Shown here: piece after piece, positions 1 to 11,083 of the stretch
How the letters are laid out: every line of letters starts with the position of its first letter
Numbering within the stretch: position 1 is the first letter of the stretch
Source: Nemertoderma westbladi
Taxonomy: Eukaryota; Animalia; Xenacoelomorpha
Length of the DNA: 64,000 nt
Direction: 5' to 3'
NCBI GenBank assembly: GCA_032718475.1
Contig: JAUCBJ010009116.1
Location: 1 to 64,000, forward strand
Position numbers and translations under genes: made by a program
The notes under the pieces: generated by a model
Database searches by the model: none
What the model was told of the DNA's origin: nothing
What the model saw: the letters and a program-made list of their open reading frames with translations, nothing else

Positions 1-3000
1 TTCGTCTGTCTTTCTATCCCACACGATTCCCAATGCCTTCTGCTGAGATTCTGTTCTCTTAATCGCCATGTCCTGCCCTTTGGCTGTTGTGGGGTTATCC
101 ATGGTCGATTCTGGTTTCCTGTCCTCTATGGCTTTGATAAATTCTTCCGAACTGGATTGGAATTTGGTCAGGTTAAAGCCGGATCCTTTTAGGATGTCGC
201 GAACCTCGCGCCCTGTATCCAGTATCTCCTTAACCGTATTCCCAGACTCCATTCCGTCGTCTACGTAGAAGCCGCGTCGAATCATATCGACGGCCCTACT
301 GCTGTATCTATCTTCCTTCCCCTTTACTGTATCTCTCACCGCCATAGTCGTCGTGAATGAAGACGACTTGGCCCCCATGTTCTGTACTACCATCTTATAT
401 GCTGGTATTATCGGCGGTTCTTCTTCGCCGTTATACCATAAGAAGCGTTGACTGTCGCTGTCTTCTTCCGTTACACGGACTTGGTTGAACATGCCTTCTA
501 TGTCACACGTGAAGGCGTGTTTCCCATTTCGAAATCTAAGTAACACCTCTATGCCCGAATTGTAAATGTTTGGGCCTTCTAACAGGTAGTCGTTTAAGCA
601 CTTTCCGTCGGTCTTTGCCGATGCGTCGACTACCATCCTTAGTTTACCTTTCTTTGGATCTAAAGCCACGTGCAGTGGCAGGTAATATGTTCTATCCGTG
701 TTCGGCTCGTCGACCGGTAACTCCACGGCCCATCCTTTCTCGACGTACTTCTTAATCGTCCTGTGGATGTACTCATTCTTCTCGGGGCTCCGTTTTAGTG
801 TTTGTTTCAGCTTGCGGAGTCTCGTGAGTACCATCCCCCTATTGTCGGGTAACGGTATCTTCGGTAGTTTCCATACCATTCCTATAGTATACCGTCCCTC
901 ATCGCACGTCATTGATTCCTCCACGCTTTGTAATGCCTGTTTGTCTTCTACCGAGGTCCCGACCCCGGTTTCTTTCAGTCCCTCGAAATCTTGTCTGAGC
1001 AGTCTTTTGAGCTGCTCCTCTGCTCCCTCGTCACTCATTTCCTGCATTGTTCCCGCGAACATGCATCCTGATGTCTCCGACATCCTAAATGGTATCTTGC
1101 TCTTGATTGGACCACTCAGTGTCCACCCGAATGGTGTTAATATGGCCACCGGGTCACTCTGCTTGTCTTCGCCGAAGACCGTTTGCATTCTTTCGTGGGC
1201 TGTTGGGCAGTCCATACCTACTATGATGGATACCTTCCTAACGTCCACGTCTGGGATTGAGAAGTCAATGTTGTCCAGGAATTTGTACTGCTCAACCTCG
1301 ATGTTGGTTGGCCGCCTGGCATTGATATTAATTGACTCTATCACTTGAATGGGGTCGATAGTTGCCCCATAGTCGCATCCTGGTGCCACTGCTGCAATTG
1401 CGCACCGTCCTGTCCTCATCTCCAGGATCTCATCTTTGCTAGAGATGGTTGTTACCGCCATCCTGCTTGGCCTCGTTCTCAATCCTATCTCCTCGGCCAC
1501 CCATTCCTCGACTAATGTGAAGGCAGCTCCACTATCAACCAGCATTAGTGTTGTTACTGATCGATTGCCTTCCCCGATCACTCGTACTGGTACTACTCCA
1601 AGTAGCACCGTTCCTCTCTTCTTCGCCCCTACTGTGCTCGTCGCCATCGTTTGGCCTCTCCTTTGACCAAATTTCATTGGCTTCTCCTTACACTCCCTTG
1701 CTCTATGTCCACTCATTACACATCGCGAGCAGATTTTATTGCTGAACGCATAATCTATCTGATCTTGCCTAGGTAGCGCCTGCCAGTACCTGCAGTTCAT
1801 AGTTTGATGAAGCGCATTTGCGTGTAGCTGACATTTGCTCTTTGGGTCGTAGCCCTCTTTATAGAGTGCATTGCGTATCGCAGTTGCGTTCGTGCCAAAG
1901 TCCCTACTATTCTTATTGTTTGGGTTTTGCCGATTGGACGTACTGGGGTTATGTTTATTCGTGTTATTATTATTTCCCTGTCCGTTCCATGATGTTGTCT
2001 TATTCTCGGCTAGCTGTGGACTTGCAGTCCCCTGCGTCGCTGCATATGGCAATGATTGCCTAAGTTTCGGTAATGCGTTCGATGTGTTGTGCTCTGGTTT
2101 CGGTCTATGGTAGTCTGTCTTCGGTCCCTTTCCCAGGCTGTCTTCGCTATAGACTGGGTCAGTTATTAGTTCAGCCTCGTAGTTTAAGAAGTTTGACATT
2201 TCTTCTAAACCCGGTTCCGCACCCTTCTTATCTCGAGTAGAGAAGGCGATTTTTCTCCACTTGTTGCGCAGCCAGTTTGGTAGTGCCTGCGCTATCGTGG
2301 TGATGTTGTTGGACGCATTGAGCTCGTACGGCGCGTCTAGCGTCTTCAGCACGATTAGCGCCTTTTCGACTTTGTTAGCGAACGTCTTAATGCTAACGGG
2401 ATTATCCTGTAGGCCACCCGATGTTATGCCTCTCAGCGTCTGCCTGATGATCTTGGCCGGGTGCCCGTATTCCCTATCCAGTGCCCGCCATGCTGTCGTG
2501 AAGCCGCCCTCTATTCCCTGATATTGCCTCACGATGTCGTATGCTGGGCCTCCCGTGTACACTTGTAGATACTTTAGGCACTCCGCCTGCGTCAAGTTTT
2601 TTGTTAGTATTTCGTTACTATACATTCGCCGAAACTGTAAATATTCTTCCGGCCTACTCCCATCGAACTTGAATGGTTCCACGGGTGGTAACTCGATCCT
2701 CGTTTTCAACGCATCGATCAACGTGGCCATCCCTATCGCCTGCGCTTCCAATGGATTCGATGGGTGCTGCATAGTTTCTCCTGTCTGGTGCGTTCCGTCT
2801 GTCCTATTTCTTGACTTTCTCTGGCTTGGGTATGTCATCGGGGGTAGCGGCCCCCTCCATATATCTGTGTCACACGACCTGTTTTCGTCCAAGGGTCTCG
2901 TTGTTCTTGCTACTATCGGGGTATATTGTTGATATTGTGATGGGGGAATGTCACCCTGTCCCCCCCCCACCGGTATGTTTGGTACTGGGGTTGATGTTAA

Positions 3001-3840
3001 TATGTTGGGGCCCATGCACCTATCCGCAATAATTCCCCCCTCCCCTGGGTATATGTTATGTCCCTGCATGCTGTAGTCATACTGCTGTGCTGGTACCGGT
3101 ATAGGCCTATCAGCTTCTGGCCTACCCGCCGGTATGTATTCCGCGACTTCCGGGTTTAATCCCGTTGTCCACGCTATCCTATCGTCTACATTGCCTCTCT
3201 CAGTATGGCCTACGGTATGTGCAGTAAGGCCTACAGTATGTCCTACAGTCTGCATGTGTTGTTCGGGATCGAAGTTTATTCTTCTCGAATAATCCTCCCC
3301 GCGGCTACCGTATTCTCGATCGATAGGTGTATTCCGTCGGAAAGTTTCTCTTCGACCCCCCCCTCTACTGTTCTCATCTTCGTACCGGTACATCGCGTAC
3401 CCCTCTCTCGGCGCGTAGTGCGCCTCGCCGGGTCGCATCTCTCCGGGGCGACGGCAATCTCCCGGAGTCCGACCCCACTGACTCTCCGTTCTCATCTCAA
3501 CCACCGACGGCTCGCTATCCGTCCTCGCTCTTCTATCGTTCGCGGCGATACCTCTACTACTGTCTTCTCTTCTTCTCCTTTCAGTGGAGTATTCCCGCTC
3601 GTGAGATCTCTCGTCGACCTCCCGGTTAAACCCCACTGTTCTTCTTCCCTCTTCTGATCGGGCTCGACGCTTCGTCCGCCCTCTTACGACGTCAACCTGT
3701 CTCTCTCTGCTCGGTCGCACGCCGCTGGGGATACTCGCAATCCCCCTATTACTTTCCGTCGCCGGTTGTTGCGGTTTACCTATTTCGGCCCTCGCATTAT
3801 CCGCTGACGGCTGTGGGACACTCTCTGCCCCCCCCCCCCT
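1..3840 (-). CDS. A1 gag-pol polyprotein, main frame (Gag core, zinc knuckles, protease, RT); runs off the window
   Basis: I read this frame as open from about 3840 down to 2641 (RIELPPVEPFKFDGSRPEEY). It is in register with the homologous A2 ORF 60696-63998. It is missing from the ORF track, presumably because no stop lies inside the window. Confidence 0.85.
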
Positions 3841-4634
3841 TTCGCCGCTAACTCGCTGTTGTGGGGTTCTCGTAGCCCCCCCCCCCATTCGCCACATCCA
3901 ACTTCGCCACTCCTCACCCCGCTACTATTTCCCTCTCCAGTCGACACATCAAGCCTACCGCGGTCGGGTCTATTCACCCCCGCCTCTCTCTCTGCTATTG
4001 CGTGGCCTACCAGGCCCTCTACCCCCTGCCTACTAACTATGTGGCCTACCAGGCCCTCGCTGGGTCTACCCAACCCAGCCACTCCCTGCCTACCAACTGC
4101 GTGGCCTACCAGGCCCTCGCTGGGTCTACCTAACCCGGCCACTCCTTGCCTACCAACTACGTGGCCTACCAGGCCCTCGTCTGTCTGACCATACACGCCC
4201 GACGTATTTACATTAATAGCACCCGTATTGGAAACGGAATTAATTTGTCCGTTCGAGATAAAATCACTTGGATTATATTGCGCGACTACACTATCTGAAT
4301 TATTTTGTAAATTCGGGCTTGGATCATTATTTAAATTATTTGGATTATTCTGCGTAATCGCGTTATTTAAATTATTTTGTAAGTTCGAATTTGGGTTATT
4401 ACCCTGATTAATTGGATTATTTTGCGTAGCTACATTAATATTAGAATTATTTTCTACATTAATACTAGGGACGTTCTGATTTAAATTTAAATTACTACCA
4501 CTAGGTAAAGTATTTCCTGCAATAAAGGTTTGATTAGAGTTGTCCCATACGGTACTATTAATATTAACCACGTCTACTGTACCATTATCATTATTACCCC
4601 CCCCCCCCCCCCACCCCCGCCCGTACGGTCGCAC
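3780..4634 (-). CDS. A1 gag N-terminal extension, segment 2 (Asn-rich, 20-aa GLVGHAVGRQGVAGLGRPSE repeats)
   Basis: ORF track. It is bounded by G homopolymer runs (4597-4620, 3828-3839) where the frame shifts, and the TVWDN motif is conserved in A3. Confidence 0.7.
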   Translation of the reverse strand: MRPYGRGWGGGGGNNDNGTVDVVNINSTVWDNSNQTFIAGNTLPSGSNLNLNQNVPSINVENNSNINVATQNNPINQGNNPNSNLQNNLNNAITQNNPNNLNNDPSPNLQNNSDSVVAQYNPSDFISNGQINSVSNTGAINVNTSGVYGQTDEGLVGHVVGRQGVAGLGRPSEGLVGHAVGRQGVAGLGRPSEGLVGHIVSRQGVEGLVGHAIAEREAGVNRPDRGRLDVSTGEGNSSGVRSGEVGCGEWGGGLREPHNSELAAKGGGGQRVSHSRQRIMRGPK

Positions 4635-6160
4635 CAGTTTTGAGTCTGTCGTGCGGTCCCTGTCAGTGGGGTATCAATAAATGTATCTACGGCCCCCGGC
4701 TCCCCAAAAATACTCGAGCCGGTCCCGCTTTCAGACGGCGACGCTTGCACCAGTTGCAACTCGTGCGCCCGTCTAATCTTATCTTCCGCAAGCACACTCT
4801 GGCGTCTCTTTAATTCCTTTTGCTCTCGTTCAGCCTCTGCCATTCTCCTCTCACACTCCTGGGTGTCCCGGGCGGCCGACTCCGCCACACTCCTAATGCT
4901 CTCCCTTCGTCTCACCTCGCGCTCCTTGCGTTCCTTTTCCCTTCTCGCCTCATATTCCTTGCGTTCCGCCTCACGCTCTTTGCGTTCCGCCTCACGCTCT
5001 TTGCGTTCCGCCTCACGCTCTTTGCGTTCCCTATCCTCCCTCGCCTCACGCTCCCTACACTCCTTTTCTTCTATTTCCTCACACTCCCTAAGGCTTCTCA
5101 AAGCCCTTTCGGCCCTCTCTCCGGTTTCTCTAATCAATGCCGCTTCCCTCGCTAACCGCACTCTCCCCTCCTCTAACCGTTCCTCCATTTCCCTCTGACC
5201 TTGTTCTACCATGCTGAGACGGTATGTGGCACCTATCTCTCTCACCACTCTTTCTTTCGCGGAGGATGTAGCAGACTTATCGGTTACAGCGGACCCCCTC
5301 CGCCTTCCCGACCTACTAACTTTCCCCCGCTTCCCGGAACTTTCTCCGACCGACGAGGCCGAATCCTCGGGGTTAACCTCGGATCCGCCCCCCTCGGGTC
5401 CCCTCCAACCCACTAATCTTACTCCCCGGGCATCGACCAAGTATGGCCCTATGTACACTGGCGCTACGCTAGGTTCCATACTCCCACACTCCCATAGTTC
5501 AAACAGTTCGCCGGCAACCCCTTTTGCTCTCTCCTCGGCTAGTTCTCTCTGCCCAAAACGTATTAGGTAATTAAAGTGTCTCTCCGACTCACCTAGCCGC
5601 TTTCTCAGTCTCACCTCGTCTACCTTCGCCCCTTCCTTCTTGGCGTCCTTCATCAGCTTCCGGGTCGCGTTGTAGGCCCGTCGAAGTCGCTCTGAAACCC
5701 CGACGTCCTCGTCGCCGACCTCTCCTCCGTCCCTCCGGGTTCGACGTCGTACCGGCGGCTCCACCGTTGCCGTTCCGGTGGGCCGTCCGTCGCCCTCGGC
5801 CTGTAGCTGGCCGGCGACATCGGTACCGATGCCTCCTCCGTCTCTTCGCGTCCGGCGTCGCACCGTCGGCCCCACCGTCGCCGTTTCGGTGGGCCGCTCG
5901 TCGCCCTCGGCCTGTAGCTGGCCGGCGACATCGGTGCGCCGATCTCCGTCCCGTGTCGACTCATCTCCGTCTTCCTCCGTCTCGCTCTCCCTTCCTCTCG
6001 GCTCGACCTCTTGTTCCAGGCTCCCCTCGTCTTGAACTTCCGGTTCGCCCGTTATCGATGGCTCCGGTGTCGTGGGTCTGTATCGCCTGGTTGCGGCCTC
6101 ACGGATCGTTTGGTCTTCGTCCGGGATCCGCGTCGGTGTCGTGTCACCTGACTGACTCAT
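4574..6160 (-). CDS. A1 gag N-terminal segment 1 (528 aa, charged coiled-coil)
   Basis: ATG lies about 150 nt after the 5' LTR and the protein has E/R/K-rich heptads. It is homologous to degenerate A3 (LRRAYNA/LRRGYNA, YIGPYL/GPYL, EVNPEDS). Confidence 0.8.
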   Translation of the reverse strand: MSQSGDTTPTRIPDEDQTIREAATRRYRPTTPEPSITGEPEVQDEGSLEQEVEPRGRESETEEDGDESTRDGDRRTDVAGQLQAEGDERPTETATVGPTVRRRTRRDGGGIGTDVAGQLQAEGDGRPTGTATVEPPVRRRTRRDGGEVGDEDVGVSERLRRAYNATRKLMKDAKKEGAKVDEVRLRKRLGESERHFNYLIRFGQRELAEERAKGVAGELFELWECGSMEPSVAPVYIGPYLVDARGVRLVGWRGPEGGGSEVNPEDSASSVGESSGKRGKVSRSGRRRGSAVTDKSATSSAKERVVREIGATYRLSMVEQGQREMEERLEEGRVRLAREAALIRETGERAERALRSLRECEEIEEKECREREAREDRERKEREAERKEREAERKEREAERKEYEARREKERKEREVRRRESIRSVAESAARDTQECERRMAEAEREQKELKRRQSVLAEDKIRRAHELQLVQASPSESGTGSSIFGEPGAVDTFIDTPLTGTARQTQNWCDRTGGGGGGGGVIMIMVQ

Positions 6161-6199
6161 CCTCTTCTGCAGGTTTCGGTGGCTAGTGGTTATCGAGTT

Positions 6200-6309
6200 T
6201 TATCTGGGGCGGCAGCTGGTTTTAGTTACTTTTACAGTTTAGCTAGGGCGGCAGCTCGATTTTAGTTACTTCTACAGTTTAGCTAGGGCGGCAGCTCGAT
6301 TTTAGTTAC
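6200..6309 (-). repeat. About three copies of a ~40-bp unit at the PBS position of A1
   Basis: Sense unit GTAACTAAAATCGAGCTGCCGCCCTAGCTAAACTGTAGAA starts at the first base after the LTR. Confidence 0.85.
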
Positions 6310-6837
6310 TGTGACGGGATCCAGGAGGGATCCCGATTTATCCGGTATTTTAGTTTACGCGTCCCCGCCGTGTATAAAGAGTAAACGAAACGGTGAATGA
6401 GTTCTGATGTTCGGTGTATAATAATCGATGGGTATAGATATAGATATAGATATGTGGAAGGCGGGATACGGTAACTAAAGTCCCGTGCTCCCCTATCTAA
6501 ACTAACTAACCTAAGCTAGCACTACTGCACTTGAGATAACTGAATTACTGATTAATAGGTTACTGATTATATTACACGGTTGGCCTAATTACTACCTAAT
6601 CGATGCCTTGCCCCCCTCTGATTGGTTGATACCCTTGTTGGCGCCCCGTGGAGTGTTCCCGTTCACTCCACCTGTTCTCTCTGGGTTAGGGGTTTGGCCC
6701 CTGACCCTCTATTGTGTGCTTCCTTCCCACTCTTATTGGGATGGCACGAGTTGGTTAACTATCCAATCTCGTGGCTCCCAATATTGCTTATCGGCTTACA
6801 ACTTTATGGGGTGTTAGCGGGATTGGATAAGCTAACA
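6310..6837 (-). repeat. 5' LTR of A1 (528 bp, sense TGTTAG...GTCACA)
   Basis: TGT...ACA termini and homology to 57728-58264. On the sense strand it has a CCAAT box (accaatcag), a TATA-like gtaatataat and an Inr-like ttcagtt. Confidence 0.93.
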
Positions 6838-7059
6838 CGGGGGCTTGTGTTGCCCCCCCCCCCCCCCCCCAAATGTTGGTTGTGATACGAGATTAATATT
6901 GCTAATCTTGTATCTCCAACATATTGCTGAAAATGCCACTATCCCATTTTCTGGTGGGTAATGAGGCGGAATTGAATCCGCTTACACCCCCACATAAAAG
7001 TAAAACAAAAATGGATATACATAATAAAAACAAGATAAACTTAATAAACGCATCATTAC

Positions 7060-7211
7060 CTGGGAAATGTAAGTTGTGTTAGAAAGTTTCACCAATGGAT
7101 AATCTGATAAAAGTTGGCCTTCTAAATCCACCATAGTGAGTCGCAGGTTGTTTCCTAGATATTCATAAACATCATCGGCTCCAAACAAGGTAAGTAATAG
7201 CGAGAGGCTCC
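7060..7211 (-). CDS. Host VWA7/hemicentin-like gene, exon (GSLSLLLTLFGADDVYEYLGNNLRLTMVDLEGQLLSDYPLVKLSNTTYISQ)
   Basis: Acceptor ttatag| and donor cag|gtaatg. The phase-1 start matches the exon 23060-23299. Confidence 0.75.
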
Positions 7212-7236
7212 CTATAATCAGATAAATGAATCGAGC

Positions 7237-7845
7237 TGAGTGACATAACCAGGCGACAACACGAAAGTTAACTGAGTGACATAACCAGGCGACAACTCGA
7301 AAGTTAACCGAGGGACATAACCAGACGACAACTCGAAAGTTAACTGAGGGACATAACCAGGCGACAACTCGAAAGTTAACTGAGGGACATAACCACGCGA
7401 CAACTCGAATGTTAACTGAGGGACATAACCAGGCGACAACTCGAAAGTTAACTGAGGGACATAACCACGCGACAACTCGAAAGTTAACTGAGGGACATAA
7501 CCAGGCGACAACTCGAAAGTTAACCGAGGGACATAACCAGGCGACAACTCGAAAGTTAACTGAGGGACATAACCAGGCGACAACTCGAAAGTTAACTGAG
7601 GGACATAACCAGGCGACAACTCGAAAGTTAACTGAGGGACATAACCAGGCGACAACTCGAAAGTTAACTGAGTGACATAACCAGGCGACAACTCGAAAGT
7701 TAACTGAGGGACATAACCACGCGACAACTCGAATGTTAACTGAGGGACATAACCAGGCGACAACTCGAAAGTTAACTGAGGGACATAACCAAGCGACAAC
7801 TCGAAAGTTAACTGAGGGACATAACCACGCAACAACTCGAAAATT
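7237..7845. repeat. 36-bp minisatellite, about 17 copies
   Basis: Unit AACTCGAAAGTTAACTGAGGGACATAACCAGGCGAC, ending about 25 nt from the exon acceptor. Confidence 0.97.
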
Positions 7846-7879
7846 AAATTGTAATGTAAACCCTATTCTGCTAATCGAT

Positions 7880-8305
7880 ATCTAATTTATCAGTTATCAT
7901 TATTAAAATAACTACATTTTTCAAAAACTTGTCTTAGCTGCCGTTAAATTCGAATCCAATGTTACGATATTCCAATACGGCGGGGCCTTTGTGCAGAACG
8001 AGAGTTACATATTATTAGCCTTCAAATATTAGTCGACAGACCGAAATGCAGACAGACCGAAAGACAGACAGACTGAAAGACAGACTGACTGACAGGCAGA
8101 CCGACAGACAGAACAACCGAGAGACAGACCAACTGACAGACAGACCAACCGACAAACAAACCGACAGACAGACCGACAGACAGACCGACAGACAGACTGA
8201 CCGACAGGCAGACCAACCGACCTAGATAAAACGGCTAAAACAGCGACTAAGCGAGATTACCTTACGTGTGTAAGGTAATCTCGCTTAGTCGCTCGCCTCA
8301 ATAAT
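7880..8305 (-). mobile_element. Probable non-autonomous Helentron-like (DINE-1/HINE-type) element
   Basis: A (GACA/GACC)n microsatellite at 8035-8220 sits next to a perfect 24-bp inverted repeat at 8242-8293 and an A/T-rich terminus. The boundaries are approximate. Confidence 0.5.
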
Positions 8306-9911
8306 AAGTTATTAGGTTCCAATTATTTGCTGATTTACAGTGAACTGTAATTTCGTTTTATAAAATCTATGTGAAATGTATAATTGTGGATTGTACATCT
8401 TTATCGTTTATCGTCTTTATCATTGCAACACTCAAGGTAAAGTGTCTTATATTATTGTTTTGTTTTAAGTTAGCTTTTAATTAACGAGAGAAAGCCGCCC
8501 CAATATTAGATTATAACAACAACATTTCCATTGGGTAAGAAAGTGGAGAAGAGCCAGGCCCGACTCTCAATTTTTTAGTTTATATTACGCGATCAATTTT
8601 TACTCATCTCGTCATGAACACAACATGTATGTAAACTTTTGATAAATTTGTTGGCTATGTGTTTGCGGCTGTTTGGGCGGGGTGTGGTAGGCCTACACTT
8701 TTCACACTGAAACATTTAGGTTGTGAAATGTTCAGGGCACAGCGATCTGAGATATTTCATTTATATTTTATTATGAGAGGAAGAAGAACATACAACGTTA
8801 TTTACTATGTAACAAAATAATTGTTTTCGGGTTTAACTTGGAAGCCTCCCCAAAGAGTTGATATACGATTATATTTAAAATTATTTCCATGGTCATGGTC
8901 ATTCACCCGTCTTTAATTAGAAATTTGTTTGCATGAAAGACAGTTTAGTTTAGTTTTTACTGATTTATTATCTCTTATCTGACTGGGGTAATAATAAAGG
9001 ATAGGATAAATGGAAGCAAATATATATATTTCCCCGTCACCCTAGCATGTCTTAAGTATACGATATCTAAAAGGGGGAAGTTTGGATTCACTGCATAAAT
9101 GAAGTTCACCAAACTTCCCCCGAATGCACACTGTAACTTCCCCCTTCCCCCAAATATCCACTGTTAAATTAATTTGAAGCGATATAATAAGTACAAAATT
9201 GTGCGAGTTTTTAATTGTGTAGTCCATTTGTTATTTGATCTCTATTTATTGTTTAAAGTGCATTTAATATCACACTGGTTTTTTAGAATATTACAACCTT
9301 ATGTTTTATTTATTAACCCAATCGAAGCCTTAATAAGGGCCGCTTATTTGTACGCATATCCCTAATGCGCTCAGTAAGGTTCAAACAACATATTAATATG
9401 AAAATAAAGTATCTGCAAAGAAAAGAACCCAATACTATATAATTTGACCTTATTAAAAAATTTGCACTTTTGCACACTTATTTGTACAAGTGCACTTCAG
9501 CAGATCGTAATGGTGGTTCTTATTTAACAAACTTATGTTTATCCTCTACCGATCTACGGTGGTGTATGATCAAGTGTTAGTCACTAAAAGTGTAAAAAAT
9601 GTAATTTAATAAATCGCGACATTTGCGATTTTGGACCATATTCATGGGCATTTTAAGTCACTTTATATACATAAAAAGTTAAACAAATGTTACAGTAAAA
9701 ATTATAGTTAGAAATCACTCCAAACTACATTTTAATCCAAAAAATAACATTCTACGATGAATGGAACTGGAAATAATAGTGTTTGAAATATCGAAAAAAT
9801 GTGTACTTTTTAAGTGCATTATGCACTAAGTGCACACGCGTTTTCCCAAGTTGTATCCTATTTCACACACTATCTATCTATCTATCCTCTTATCCTCTTA
9901 ATCTATCCTCT

Positions 9912-11083
9912 TGTAAAAGCTTTTGCGGATATACTCAGTCCCCCTCGCCCGCAAGATACCGTTATAGGTGTTTTAACGGACATAAAAGTCATTCTTCGAT
10001 ATATGTGCTTTGGTGGACATGGTAAGGCAAAAAACCCGCAATGCGTAAAATACCCTGGCACAGCTTAGCCTTGATGATTCAGATTACGACATCTAACAGC
10101 TGGTTGCTGACATGGAAACGGCCATTGGACACATGGTTCTTTGTTTAGCTTAACAGCCAATCAGAGCGATTTTTTCTGTGGATGTGGAGATATTTGGCCG
10201 ATCGTGCTAGGAGTGTTCAGTCTTACTGTTTTTCTTGATACTGTTGTGTTGTTTCTATCTAGGCCAGGAACACCGGCTCTAGAGTCAATTCGTTTCAGAC
10301 TTTAGAAGAAACATTAGTAGGCTTAAGATTATAGAGCGTATAACTGTTATCAGTTCATAACTTGTCATATCATATCTTAACCTACCGTCTTAATGCTTTT
10401 TACTGTTGTCATATTTTGTATCAGTTGGTTGAATATTATTTGGAGAACATTTATAAAGAACCCAAATTTCCCAATTTTCTTGATACACTACAGGTTAGAG
10501 AGACAGGTTACATATAGCGATTGCGACTTATATTATTGTGGTTTGTAGTGAATTTAATGCTATTTGATAAGCACTACATGAGTCAGTTGCTGTTCTCTTT
10601 ATATATGATAAAATTCATTGACGGTCGGCAAATAAGTGAGCAGTATTGTGTGTTACCGGTAGTGTGCATGATTGTGACTGATAACTAAGCATTTCCTAAA
10701 GAATGCGCCTCATACGTGAATCATAAGCCTTACCGACTTACCGTTGTGATTAGTATAAGTCATATCTCTGTTTACCTAGATAGAGCGCCACGTCCTAAAG
10801 GAACTGTTAATATTTCCCGAAAGTGAATAATATTAGTCAGAAATTATTTATTAATGATCAATCGAATAATACAGTAAGCTTACACTGCAATAATAATCTA
10901 AGCCCTCAGAATCCAGTCTCCCGGGTATATCCAGCGGGTGAATGGACGCGCACTAGGCTGGCTTCTGCTAATGTTGTGTTTATTGGTATTAAATATTTGT
11001 CAATTTCTAAAGTCTATTTATAAACCAAAAGACATATAAATTTTGGCAGGTTAAACTGCTAAAGGTCTTCAAAAGCGCGTACA
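9912..11083 (+). repeat. 5' LTR of B1 (~1.17 kb)
   Basis: TGTAAAAGCTTTTGCGG start and GCGCGTACA end, homologous to the other B LTRs. CCAAT box at about 10157 and Inr-like TTCAGTC at about 10215. Confidence 0.9.

Larger units (their letters stand above)
1..6837 (-). mobile_element. Bel/Pao LTR retrotransposon, family A copy A1 (5' part; continues beyond window start)
   Basis: 5' LTR at 6310-6837, followed by gag, an aspartic protease (LVDSGA) and RT (FTCDIEGMF...GFYVDD). Positions 1-2564 are nearly identical to 61437-64000 (A2). Confidence 0.95.

Noticed and set aside
68-3657. Many plus-strand ORFs over A1 (and 61504-63957 over A2)
   Set aside because: They are antisense shadows of the minus-strand gag-pol frame, and recur only because the element is duplicated.
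7218-7835. 205-aa repeat ORF (GYVPQLTFELSP)n and similar ORFs at 11059-11403, 26541-26765 and 37251-37653
   Set aside because: These are by-products of stop-free tandem repeats, with no independent coding evidence.
9042-9121. Helitron 3' end (13-bp hairpin 9073-9121 plus CTAG on the minus strand)
   Set aside because: The hairpin-to-CTAG spacing (~30 nt) and loop are atypical, and no 5' end was identified.
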